A stretch of DNA of 62,805 nucleotides from Candidatus Gottesmanbacteria bacterium (GTDB taxonomy: Bacteria > Patescibacteriota > Microgenomatia > UBA10105 > UBA927): NCBI GenBank assembly GCA_016218215.1, contig JACREM010000041.1:1-62805 (forward strand), given 5' to 3'. Positions 46,638 through 55,972 of the stretch are shown piece by piece. Under the pieces are notes generated by a model. The model did no database searches, was not told the DNA's origin, and was given only the letters and a program-made list of their open reading frames with translations. The position numbers and the translations under genes are program-made. Position 1 is the stretch's first letter, and each line of letters starts with the position of its first letter.

Positions 46638-47969
46638 ATGCAAACGTTTGAAATTACTGGGGGTACGCCACTATTGGGGACGATAGAGGTTGGTGGTGCA
46701 AAGAATGTCGCATTGAAGCTTTTGGTTGCAAGCTTGCTTACTGATGACGAGCTTATTATCCACAATGTGCCCAAGCTACGCGATGTCCTTTTTATGCTTG
46801 ATGTGCTAAAAAGTCTTGGTGTTAAAGAGTCTTTTGTTGGAAATACCGTGAGAATTCAGGGAGGGGCAAATGTAGCCACCACAGTGCCCCTAGAGGTTGG
46901 GGCTCGCCTTCGGACATCTTCTATGGTACTCGGCCCTATGCTTGCCCGTTTTGGCGAAGCAAAGCTTCCAAACCCCGGGGGTTGTCGTATCGGCGCGAGG
47001 CCTATAGACCGGCATATTGAGGGCTTAAAGAAGATGGGTGCTACTATTTCTTATCACTCTGATGACGGTTATTTTTACGGTGTTGCAAAAAAACTTACTG
47101 GCGCAGACATTACGTTTGAAAAGAACACTCATACGGGCACAGAAACATTAATTCTGGCTGCAGTTCTTGCTTCAGGGAAAACTATTCTTCGTAACGCAGC
47201 GAGTGAAGTAGAGGTAGACGATCTCATAGGATTTTTGAATTCCATGGGCGCAAGAATACAAAGAACAGCAGAGAATGAGATTACTATCGATGGCGTCGAA
47301 TCCCTGCATGGATCGGAATATACAGTGATGCCAGATAGAAACGAAGAAGTTACGTTTGCAATTGCTGCAGTTGTGACAAAAGGAGATCTTACTATAAAAA
47401 ATTCTCAGAGGAATAATTTAGAATCATTTATTCAGAAATTTTCTCAGGTTGGTGGCGGTATCGAAGAAATAGATGATAAAACGACACGGTATTACTATAA
47501 AGAACCCCTAAAGGCAAGTGACATAATGACCCAGAGGTATCCGGGATTCATGACCGATTGGCAAGCACCCTGGGCTCTTCTCATGACCCAGTCAGAAGGC
47601 GTTTCAACACTCCATGAAACAGTGTTTGAAAGTAGATTTTCATACGTATCAGAATTAAAAAAGATGGGTGCAGTGATAGAATTTTATACCCCGAAGGTCG
47701 CAGATCCTGAAAAGTTTTATAATTTTAACTGGGATGATAAAGTAGAAGGATATTTTCAGGGCATACGTATAACAGGTCCTACAGCTCTTCATAATGCAGT
47801 ACTTTCCATTGACGATTTGCGCGCGGGTGCCACGCTTGTGTTGGCGGCACTTTCTGCAAACGGTCAGAGCTATGTGCATGGTGTGGAGCAGGTTGATCGC
47901 GGATATGAAAAAATTGAAAAAAGATTGTCTCGTGTCGGTGCCCACATTAAACGCATCGAGGAGGAGTAA
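46638..47969 (+). CDS. murA: UDP-N-acetylglucosamine 1-carboxyvinyltransferase
   Basis: GGAKNVALKLLVASLL and the active-site loop PNPGGCRIGARPIDRHI are present. Confidence 0.92.
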   Translation: MQTFEITGGTPLLGTIEVGGAKNVALKLLVASLLTDDELIIHNVPKLRDVLFMLDVLKSLGVKESFVGNTVRIQGGANVATTVPLEVGARLRTSSMVLGPMLARFGEAKLPNPGGCRIGARPIDRHIEGLKKMGATISYHSDDGYFYGVAKKLTGADITFEKNTHTGTETLILAAVLASGKTILRNAASEVEVDDLIGFLNSMGARIQRTAENEITIDGVESLHGSEYTVMPDRNEEVTFAIAAVVTKGDLTIKNSQRNNLESFIQKFSQVGGGIEEIDDKTTRYYYKEPLKASDIMTQRYPGFMTDWQAPWALLMTQSEGVSTLHETVFESRFSYVSELKKMGAVIEFYTPKVADPEKFYNFNWDDKVEGYFQGIRITGPTALHNAVLSIDDLRAGATLVLAALSANGQSYVHGVEQVDRGYEKIEKRLSRVGAHIKRIEEE

Positions 47970-47973
47970 TAGT

Positions 47974-49287
47974 ATGAAAAATAATGTTACATGTGTTGTT
48001 CTTGCTGGTGGAGAGGGAAAACGGTTTTGGCCGCTTTTAACAAATAAAGTGCTATTTCCCTTTTTTGGGAAACCTTTGTTTGATTATTCCGTAAGAGATG
48101 TTTTGCCAAAAGAAGTAGACAATGTTGTCATCGTAGCACGTCCCTCAACAAAAGTTGTATATGAGTCTCTGACGTTGCCCGTGAAACATTCAGTAGTCGT
48201 ACAAGAACAGCCTCTCGGCATGGCAGATGCGCTTCTCCAGTCAAAAGAGTTTCTCCCAAAACACACACCAATTTTGATAGCCATAGCAGACGACGTCGCT
48301 GATCCTTTGCTTTTCTCTGAACTGTTAAAGACAGCTGCGAAAAAAAATGCATTTGGCGTAATTCCCGGGTGGAAAGTCGAAACATATCATGATTTAGGAT
48401 ATCTCGTTTTGGACGGAGAGCGTGTCACATCGATAGTGGAAAAACCCAGTGAAGGGAATGAACCAAGCTCGTATGTGTATATTTCCGGACAGTATATATC
48501 TGACTGCACCATATTATTTGATCAAATTGAAAAAATTTCTAGTGAAAAGGATGATGTTTTTGAGAAGGCAGTTTCTCGCCTCATGGAGAAAAATTTGTTT
48601 GTCATGCATCCATATTCAGGTAGCGATGCGACGCTTAAGCTTCCTTGGCATGTGCTTGATGTCATGGACCAGTTATTTTTACGCGTAAAATCTCATAGAG
48701 GGAAAAACGTTGTTATTAAATCAAACGTAGTCATTGAGGGAGAAGTTTACATAGACGATGACGTGAAGATTTATGAAAATACGAAAATTGTAGGTCCGGC
48801 ATACATTGGTCGAGGGACGATTGTCGGAAACAACAATATGATCCGTCACAGTCACATTGGAGCTGGATGCGTGACCGGATTTAATACGGATATAACCCGA
48901 AGTTATGTAGGAGATTCCTGCTGGTTTCACATGAATTACATAGGGGACAGTGTCCTTGAAAGTGAGATAACGCTCGGTGGAGGTGCGATGCTTGCTAATT
49001 TACGTCTTGATGACGGAGAGATTCGATCGGAAGTAAAAGGTGAAATGAAAAAGACACAAAAAAATAAACTTGGAAGCATCATTGGAAGAGGAGTTCGGAT
49101 CGGCGCAAATACAACGATTATGCCGGGGATAAAAATCGGCAAGGGCACGCTTATTTCTTCTGGACTTGTTATAGATCGTGATATCCCTGACGGGTCGTTT
49201 GTAAAAGGAATCACCAACTATACAATCGTATCGAATAAAGACGCCGTTCATCCTCTCTCCCGGGATGAATTTAAAAAGAAACTGTAA
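47974..49287 (+). CDS. GlmU-like bifunctional sugar-1-phosphate nucleotidyltransferase / LbH acyltransferase
   Basis: Start trimmed to MKNNVTCVVLAGGEGKRFWPL. The C-terminus holds hexapeptide repeats (IGRGTIVGNNNMIRHSHIGAG.., IGANTTIMPGIKIGKGTLISSG). Confidence 0.7.
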   Translation: MKNNVTCVVLAGGEGKRFWPLLTNKVLFPFFGKPLFDYSVRDVLPKEVDNVVIVARPSTKVVYESLTLPVKHSVVVQEQPLGMADALLQSKEFLPKHTPILIAIADDVADPLLFSELLKTAAKKNAFGVIPGWKVETYHDLGYLVLDGERVTSIVEKPSEGNEPSSYVYISGQYISDCTILFDQIEKISSEKDDVFEKAVSRLMEKNLFVMHPYSGSDATLKLPWHVLDVMDQLFLRVKSHRGKNVVIKSNVVIEGEVYIDDDVKIYENTKIVGPAYIGRGTIVGNNNMIRHSHIGAGCVTGFNTDITRSYVGDSCWFHMNYIGDSVLESEITLGGGAMLANLRLDDGEIRSEVKGEMKKTQKNKLGSIIGRGVRIGANTTIMPGIKIGKGTLISSGLVIDRDIPDGSFVKGITNYTIVSNKDAVHPLSRDEFKKKL

Positions 49288-49292
49288 TTATT

Positions 49293-50009
49293 ATGAAGAG
49301 AGATATTATTATTCTCCATGGGTGGGGGCTTGATGGTTCCCGTTTCACTCCGTTAAAAACAGAACTTGAAAAACGTGGAGCGAGAGTATGGGCACCGGAT
49401 TTTCCTGGCTTTGGTTCGGCAAAAAATCCACAAGCACCCTATCATCTTTTTGAGTATGCGATGTTTTTACGAGATTTTATGAAAAAATATAAGATACAAA
49501 ATCCCGGTTTTATCGGCCATTCCTTTGGAGGAAGAGTAGCACTCAAGTATGATTTTCTCTTTCCAAAAAGCGTGCGTTGGATAGTGCTCACTGGTACACC
49601 AGGGTTTCGATCGTCTTCATCGCTTAAGGTGAGTTTGGGTATTGCAATTGTAAAATTGGGTAAATATTTTGTTTCATTACCTCTCATGAAAAACTTTAAG
49701 AACTCAATAACTCAGAGCTATTATTCTTTTATAGGTGTTCAAGGGTATGGTCGTGCTCAAGGGACAATGAAAGACACATTTAAATATATTGTTTCTGAGC
49801 CACTTGAATCATATATGAAATCGCTTTCAGTCCCGTGTTTACTTCTTTGGGGTGAACTTGACACCCTCGTTCCAACCCAAATAGCGGTGAGAATGCATAA
49901 CGCTATACCAAATTCTACTGTATCTATTATTCGTGGATTTGGCCACTCAGTGCCATATACAAGTCCGTATGATTTTGTGAGGCTCATGAAGCAACATAAT
50001 TTTATATGA
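49293..50009 (+). CDS. Alpha/beta-fold hydrolase
   Basis: HGWG, the nucleophile elbow GHSFGG, Asp in GELDTLVP and His in GFGHSV. Confidence 0.75.
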   Translation: MKRDIIILHGWGLDGSRFTPLKTELEKRGARVWAPDFPGFGSAKNPQAPYHLFEYAMFLRDFMKKYKIQNPGFIGHSFGGRVALKYDFLFPKSVRWIVLTGTPGFRSSSSLKVSLGIAIVKLGKYFVSLPLMKNFKNSITQSYYSFIGVQGYGRAQGTMKDTFKYIVSEPLESYMKSLSVPCLLLWGELDTLVPTQIAVRMHNAIPNSTVSIIRGFGHSVPYTSPYDFVRLMKQHNFI

Positions 50010-51481
50010 ATATTGCTATTACTATCGTCGCTTTCTTCTGGGCGCTTCGAATTTTAAGAAATATTCTTTCTTATGCACAACTTTGGTATGTAAAAGAGTA
50101 TCGGCTGGATCGGATGCTTATTCATCTTCGTACTGATCAAGGGAAGCGGATATTTAATCCAAGTTTCAGGAGACCTCCAATTTCACCTAAGTCAGTTGTA
50201 CTTGTTGGTGTGACTTTTATTGCTTTTAGTGTTTTTGTGTATTCATTTTCTGCGCCGATTTTTTTGTCTTTATTAATAACCGATTTATTGCTTTTTCCAT
50301 GTATGGGTTTTTTTGTGTTCATCCTCAATATGCCAACGTTTATGTATCATTCACTCCTTATTTCTCTTGCGGTATCAAAATTACGATCACACGGAAAAAT
50401 GGTCTGTATCGGTATCACCGGAAGTTATGGAAAAACTTCGACAAAAGAGTATCTCGCTACAATTTTGGAACAGTCCGATACCGTACTCAAAACCGCGGCA
50501 AGTAAAAATTCTCCGATTGCAATAGCAGAGCTCGTTTTACACAATTTGAAACCATCTCATAGAATTTTTATAGTAGAAATGGGAGCGTACAAAGAAGGAG
50601 AAATTGCACAAATGTGCCGTATGGTGCTTCCTGAAATAGGTATTGTTACTGCGATAAATGAGCAGCATCAGGATTTGTTTGGAAATATAGAGACAACCAT
50701 GAAGGCAAAATATGAACTCATTTCATCACTCTCTGGTAAAAAAATTGCCATCATGAATGCGGATAACCCGTATGTATTTGCGATGGCAGAGCAGGCAAAA
50801 AAAGATGGAGTAGATGTGTGGTGTTATACGAAGGATGTGAAGAAAAAATTTTCCTTCGGGCATGTGTTTTATATTCGCAATATTCATGAGAGTGTTGATA
50901 AATTACGATTTACGATTCTATACAAGAAAAAATCATACGATGTGTCAGCACCCGTGATTGGTGCATTTCAGGCACAAAATATTACCGCTGCAATTGCTGG
51001 AAGTATCGCAGGTGGAATGGAAATAATTGATGCTGTAGAGGCGTGCAACAGTCTTCAGTCTGTGCCAAAGATGATGCAGAAGCTGGACGGTATACATGGG
51101 TCTATATATATAAATGATACATTTAACAATAATCCCGATGCGGCATGTGCCGCTCTTGAATATTTACGGATAGGAGAAGAACGTAAAATTCTCGTCTTTC
51201 AGCCGATGATTGAGCTAGGATCGTTTTCGCAAGTCGCACATGAGCGGGTCGGAAAACTTGCAGGAGAAGTGTGTGATGAAATACTTCTGACAAATACAAA
51301 TTTTCGTACACCGTTTTTACAAGGCGTCAAATTGAGCGGAGGCAATGCACGCGTTTTTGTATTAGATTCAAATAAAGCTCAAAAATTCTTGAGAAATTAT
51401 CTGCACGCGGGAGACATGGTGTTATTTAAAGGCAAAGAAGCCCAATCAGTGATTACGCTACTTGAAGAAAAATCTTTATGA
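50006..51481 (+). CDS. murF: MurF-like Mur ligase with an N-terminal multi-TM domain
   Basis: Residues 1-125 contain about four hydrophobic helices. These are followed by GITGSYGKTSTKEY, VEMGAYKEGEI and INDTFNNNPDAA. Confidence 0.8.
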   Translation: MNIAITIVAFFWALRILRNILSYAQLWYVKEYRLDRMLIHLRTDQGKRIFNPSFRRPPISPKSVVLVGVTFIAFSVFVYSFSAPIFLSLLITDLLLFPCMGFFVFILNMPTFMYHSLLISLAVSKLRSHGKMVCIGITGSYGKTSTKEYLATILEQSDTVLKTAASKNSPIAIAELVLHNLKPSHRIFIVEMGAYKEGEIAQMCRMVLPEIGIVTAINEQHQDLFGNIETTMKAKYELISSLSGKKIAIMNADNPYVFAMAEQAKKDGVDVWCYTKDVKKKFSFGHVFYIRNIHESVDKLRFTILYKKKSYDVSAPVIGAFQAQNITAAIAGSIAGGMEIIDAVEACNSLQSVPKMMQKLDGIHGSIYINDTFNNNPDAACAALEYLRIGEERKILVFQPMIELGSFSQVAHERVGKLAGEVCDEILLTNTNFRTPFLQGVKLSGGNARVFVLDSNKAQKFLRNYLHAGDMVLFKGKEAQSVITLLEEKSL

Positions 51482-52704
51482 TATTTTCACCAATCACGTG
51501 TTCTCTGTCGCCAAATACTGAGATATCAGACGTATGGACAGCGTGTAAGACGCTTTTTATGCCGTGGAAATGGATGACAGGTGGCGAGATTACGAAAGTT
51601 GAGTCTTGGTTTCATACAAGATACCCATTATATGTTAGCCTTTCCACTAACAGCGGAAGAAGTGCTCTGTACCTACTTTTACAATCATTTGGAATAGGAG
51701 AGGGAGATGAGGTTATCGTTCAATCTTTTACCTGCGTCGCTTTGCCAAATGCAGTGCTTTGGACCGGAGCGACTCCTGTATATGCGGATATTGATACACG
51801 GTTTAATATAGATCCTTTGTCGATTGAAAAACATATTCATCCGCAAACAAAGGCGATCATCATTCAGAATACGTTTGGCATACCAGCACAGTATGAAAAA
51901 ATTGCAGAGATTGCAAAGAAACAGAACATTCTCTGTATAGAAGATTGTGCTCATAGCCTGGGTGGTCGATATGAATCTGGTGCTTTAATAGGCGGGGTTG
52001 GGGATGCAAGTTTTTTTAGTTTTGGGAGAGATAAGATTATTTCAAGTGTTTTTGGCGGGGTCGGAAGCATACACAAAAAACATACAAAAGCGGTGGCAAG
52101 ATTTATATCGTTACATAGTAAACTACAATTTCCAAACCCAATCTGGGTATTTCAGCAAATTTTTCATCCAATTGCGTTTTCGTTCATATTGCCTTTGTAT
52201 TCATTGGGAATTGGAAAAGCATTGCTTTTTCTCCTTCAAAAATTGAAATTGCTTTCGTTTCCTGTATATAAAGAGGAAAAGGAGGGAAAAAGACCGACTG
52301 ATTTTCCTAAAAAATATCCAAACGCGCTGGCTCAAATGCTTATTCCTCAACTTAAAAAATTAGAGAGATATACTGCCCAAAGAACTGTAATCTCTGGGTA
52401 TTATAAAAAATCATTAGGCTCCTCATTTTCTCCGATGGATCTCGTGACTGGTTCAGTATTTTTACGGTATCCGGTTCTTTCTCAAAAAAGGGATGAGATT
52501 ATTTCAAAAGCAAAATCACAAGGGATACTCCTTGGGACGTGGTACAGTAATATTCTTGATCCCAAGGGTACGAATTTCCACAATTTGTATTATACAAAGG
52601 GTTCATGTCCAAAATCAGAGAGGTGTGCATCCCTTATCCTTAATCTTCCGACGCGAATATCACTTGCTGATGCAAAGAAAGTAGTTGCATCTTTACAACA
52701 ATGA
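51478..52704 (+). CDS. DegT/DnrJ/EryC1/StrS family aminotransferase-fold protein with a hydrophobic insert
   Basis: NSGRSALYLLL, VIVQSFTCVALPNAV and FFSFGRDKIISSVFGG are present. The insert reads IWVFQQIFHPIAFSFILPLYSLGIGKALLFLLQKL. ATGA overlaps on both sides. Confidence 0.75.
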   Translation: MIFSPITCSLSPNTEISDVWTACKTLFMPWKWMTGGEITKVESWFHTRYPLYVSLSTNSGRSALYLLLQSFGIGEGDEVIVQSFTCVALPNAVLWTGATPVYADIDTRFNIDPLSIEKHIHPQTKAIIIQNTFGIPAQYEKIAEIAKKQNILCIEDCAHSLGGRYESGALIGGVGDASFFSFGRDKIISSVFGGVGSIHKKHTKAVARFISLHSKLQFPNPIWVFQQIFHPIAFSFILPLYSLGIGKALLFLLQKLKLLSFPVYKEEKEGKRPTDFPKKYPNALAQMLIPQLKKLERYTAQRTVISGYYKKSLGSSFSPMDLVTGSVFLRYPVLSQKRDEIISKAKSQGILLGTWYSNILDPKGTNFHNLYYTKGSCPKSERCASLILNLPTRISLADAKKVVASLQQ

Positions 52705-53714
52705 AAAAAATACATATTCAATCAATAATAGATAAATCAACGTGGGATGAATTTATGATGCGATTTGGAAAAGCATCGCTTTTCCAAAGTTTTGAATGGG
52801 GCGAAGTAGAGGCACGTATGGGTATTCCATTATCTCGTCATGGATTATTCGAGGGAAATACTCTTGTAGGGGTATTTCAGATCGCAGTTATGAAATCCCG
52901 CCGAGGCATATTCCTCCATGTCCGGCATGGGCCTGTTTTATCCAGTCAATCTGAGGATTACTGGGACACATTTATATCGTATATGAAGGATATGGGAAAA
53001 AGAGAGAATGCTTACTTTTTCCGGGTAAACCCAATGATTTTTGATTCGGAGGAACAGAGGAAAATGCTCAGAGATCTAGGGTTTCGTCCGTCACCCATAC
53101 ATGCCATGGACGCAGAGTATTGTTTGGTCCTTGATATCACGAAAAGCGAGGAAGAATTGCTCTCCTCTATGAGAAAAACCACACGATATGAAATCCGAAA
53201 AGCAGACTCTCTTGGCGTCAAAGTATCTCACTATGTAGATAAAAGACACTTAGATCATTTTTTTGATCTGTACAAAAAAACTGCGCTTCGCCATGAGTTT
53301 GTACCTCATAGCGGTATACGCGAAGAATTTGATGTTTTTGTGAGAGACGGGAAGGCGGTGTATATAGAAGCGCAGTACGGAAGTGAAATTCTTGCCGGAG
53401 CGATTATCCTTTTTTATATGGGACAGGCGATTTATCACCATGGAGCATCAATTCCCTCTAAAATTCCTGCTGCCTACGCCATACAATGGGCCGCGATAAG
53501 AGAAGCAAAAAAAAGAGAATGTACTCGGTATAATTTTTGGGGTATAGCACCGGAAGATAAAAAAAATCATCCATGGAGAGGAATTACTGGGTTTAAATAC
53601 GGATTTGGCGGAGTTCCTGAATCGTACATGCACGCTCATGATTTCCCGTTGGATATTCGGTACTCAATTTCATATCTTATTGAAACAGTAAGGCGTATAA
53701 AAAAAGGATATTAA
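52701..53714 (+). CDS. FemAB/FemX family aminoacyl-tRNA-dependent peptidoglycan peptidyltransferase
   Basis: ASLFQSFEWGEV, MRKTTRYEIRKADSLG, YHHGAS, RYNFWGI and GITGFKYGFGG are present. Confidence 0.85.
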   Translation: MKKIHIQSIIDKSTWDEFMMRFGKASLFQSFEWGEVEARMGIPLSRHGLFEGNTLVGVFQIAVMKSRRGIFLHVRHGPVLSSQSEDYWDTFISYMKDMGKRENAYFFRVNPMIFDSEEQRKMLRDLGFRPSPIHAMDAEYCLVLDITKSEEELLSSMRKTTRYEIRKADSLGVKVSHYVDKRHLDHFFDLYKKTALRHEFVPHSGIREEFDVFVRDGKAVYIEAQYGSEILAGAIILFYMGQAIYHHGASIPSKIPAAYAIQWAAIREAKKRECTRYNFWGIAPEDKKNHPWRGITGFKYGFGGVPESYMHAHDFPLDIRYSISYLIETVRRIKKGY

Positions 53715-53732
53715 GAGTTAGTGGTATAATCA

Positions 53733-54113
53733 ATGGTACGCATGAAAGAACTATTACGTACGCATCATATTTCGTTTAAAAATGCGTTTGCCGGTGTCTT
53801 GTGGTCATTTAGGACTCAGCCAAATTTTCGGATTCATGCACTTTTATCTGCCTTTGTGCTTTTTGCGGCAAGTTTTTTCCAAATTGAAAAAATAGAGTAC
53901 GTAGTATTACTCTTTGCAATCGTCCTTGGGTTTACGAGCGAGATGCTCAATACTTCAGTTGAATCCATGACAGATCTCATATCGACTGAGTGGAAAAAAG
54001 AAGCAAAAATAGCAAAAGACGTTGCTGCGGGCATGATGCTTTTTACGGCGTTTGGAACCGCTGCCATAGCAGTCATTATTTTTTATCCATATATTGCGAA
54101 ACTTTTTATCTAG
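53733..54113 (+). CDS. dgkA: Diacylglycerol/undecaprenol kinase (DgkA family)
   Basis: SFKNAFAGV..FRIH, SEMLNTSVESMTDL and AKDVAAGMML are present. Three TM helices. Confidence 0.85.
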   Translation: MVRMKELLRTHHISFKNAFAGVLWSFRTQPNFRIHALLSAFVLFAASFFQIEKIEYVVLLFAIVLGFTSEMLNTSVESMTDLISTEWKKEAKIAKDVAAGMMLFTAFGTAAIAVIIFYPYIAKLFI

Positions 54114-54118
54114 ACTGT

Positions 54119-55171
54119 ATGACGGAACTTCTTGGGATATTATTATTTTCTTGGCTTATTCATAGCATCCTCTATGTCCCATTTATCCGAACCTTATATT
54201 CTCTCAAGCTTCAGAGATTAGAGCAAAAGACACGCGATGCGTTTGACAAGCGTACGCCGATTTTTGACAAACTTCATCAACACAAAGCTGGTACCCCTGT
54301 AGGCGGAGGGTTACTTATTATCCTTGTGACAACTGTTCTCGTCCCATTCATTCTCCTTCTTATGAAGTATTTTTGGTTTCCGATCACTTCGGTATTTCCT
54401 CTTTTTTCGGAGATAAAAGTAGTGCTTTTTGCTTTTCTCTCGTTTGGATTATTAGGCCTCGTAGATGATATGAAAAAAACGTTCGCCTGGAACGGGGCAT
54501 CAGGGATCTTTGGACTTCGACTCCGGCATAAACTGATTTTAGAGATCATTCTTGCTGTCGTTCTCTCATTTTGGATGGTATATGAGTTAAAAATTGATAT
54601 CTTTTATCTTCCGTTTTTTGGTGTATTTCGGATGGGGTGGTTTTATATCCCGTTTGCTGCATTTGTAATTATAGCGTTTGCCAATGCGTTTAACATTACA
54701 GATGGTTTGGATGGGTTATCATCGGGAGTGCTTACGGTTGCATTGGTTGCATTCTGGTTTATCTCAGCTACCATTCTCGATACTCCGCTCTCTATATTCT
54801 TAGCAATTTGGATAGGTGGCCTTGTTTCTTTTTTGTATTTTAATGTGGCCCCGGCTCGTATATTTTTAGGTGACGTGGGGGCACTATCGTTCGGAGCGAC
54901 CTTTGCAGTGGTGGGCCTTATGCTTGGGAAAGCCCCTGCTCTTGTTGTCATCGGCGGAATTTTTGTCGTTGAAGTTTTATCATCTCTTCTTCAGCTGTTG
55001 TCTAAAAAATATCTGGGAAGAAAACTATTTGTGGTTGCACCATTTCATCTCTGGCTTCAGTATAAAGGATGGCCGGAAACAAAAATTGTCATGCGATTTT
55101 GGATTATCGGAATTATTCTGGCAATTTTTGGACTATGGTTAGCGCTTCTAACCAAGCAGACAACTTTGTAA
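54119..55171 (+). CDS. mraY: Phospho-N-acetylmuramoyl-pentapeptide transferase
   Basis: KAGTPVGGG, GLVDD, AFNITDGLDGLSSG and IFLGDVGALSFGA are present. Start trimmed to MTELLGILL. Confidence 0.92.
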   Translation: MTELLGILLFSWLIHSILYVPFIRTLYSLKLQRLEQKTRDAFDKRTPIFDKLHQHKAGTPVGGGLLIILVTTVLVPFILLLMKYFWFPITSVFPLFSEIKVVLFAFLSFGLLGLVDDMKKTFAWNGASGIFGLRLRHKLILEIILAVVLSFWMVYELKIDIFYLPFFGVFRMGWFYIPFAAFVIIAFANAFNITDGLDGLSSGVLTVALVAFWFISATILDTPLSIFLAIWIGGLVSFLYFNVAPARIFLGDVGALSFGATFAVVGLMLGKAPALVVIGGIFVVEVLSSLLQLLSKKYLGRKLFVVAPFHLWLQYKGWPETKIVMRFWIIGIILAIFGLWLALLTKQTTL

Positions 55172-55177
55172 TCTTCT

Positions 55178-55972
55178 ATGACTGATGCGCCCATAGGAAT
55201 TTTTGACTCTGGATCTGGGGGCCTATCTATATATGAAACTTTAGAGCGGGAGCTGTCAAACGAGTCGTATATATATATCGGTGATCATGCAAATCTTCCG
55301 TACGCAAATAAAAAAGCAGAAGAGATTCATAGTCGCGTATTTCGTTTAATAGAGTTTTTTCTTGCGCGAAACGTAAAAGCAATTGTTATAGCATGCAATA
55401 CCGCCACTGTTGCAGGCATTGAGCTTTATCGGTCTCGTTTTCCACGAGTTCCCATTCTGGGTGTTGTTCCTGTAGTAAAAACAGCAGCAGAAGTGACTAA
55501 ATCGAATAAGATATTAGTATTGTCTACTCCATTTACGACTGCAAGTGAATATCAAAAAAAATTAATAGCGTCTTTTGCAACAGATAAACAGGTATATTCT
55601 GTCGGTTGTCCAGAGCTCGTTCCTCTCATTGAAAAAGGTATAATATCTGGGCATGAGGTTAAATTGGCATTACAAAATACGATAGAACCGTACTTAGAAA
55701 AAGGAGCAGATGTCATTGTTCTCGGATGTACTCATTATCCATTTCTCTTGCCCACGATACGTGATATTCTTAAAAAGAAAGATGTACTGGTATTAGATTC
55801 AAGCGGGGCAGTAATGCGTCAGTTGAAACGAGTGTTGTTTCATAACGGCATAGAAGCAAAGACTCAGCATGGTACGAGTGAGTTTTTTACAACCGGAGAA
55901 GCGGAAACAATTTCTAAGGTATCATCTTTTCTTTTGAAGAAAGAGATACATTTTAATTATGTCAATGTATAA
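55178..55972 (+). CDS. murI: Glutamate racemase
   Basis: IGIFDSGSGGLS, IACNTATV and LGCTHYPFL are present. Confidence 0.9.
   Translation: MTDAPIGIFDSGSGGLSIYETLERELSNESYIYIGDHANLPYANKKAEEIHSRVFRLIEFFLARNVKAIVIACNTATVAGIELYRSRFPRVPILGVVPVVKTAAEVTKSNKILVLSTPFTTASEYQKKLIASFATDKQVYSVGCPELVPLIEKGIISGHEVKLALQNTIEPYLEKGADVIVLGCTHYPFLLPTIRDILKKKDVLVLDSSGAVMRQLKRVLFHNGIEAKTQHGTSEFFTTGEAETISKVSSFLLKKEIHFNYVNV

Noticed and set aside
47794-47973. Long N-terminal extensions offered by the ORF track. The affected ORFs start at 47794, 53990, 57223, 45600, 44200, 39330, 21971, 20255, 19063 and 10373.
   Set aside because: The extensions overlap the 3' ends of the well-supported upstream genes and translate to Cys/Arg/Trp-rich junk. 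Internal Met codons placed 0-20 nt from the upstream stop give canonical protein N-termini, so the starts were trimmed.
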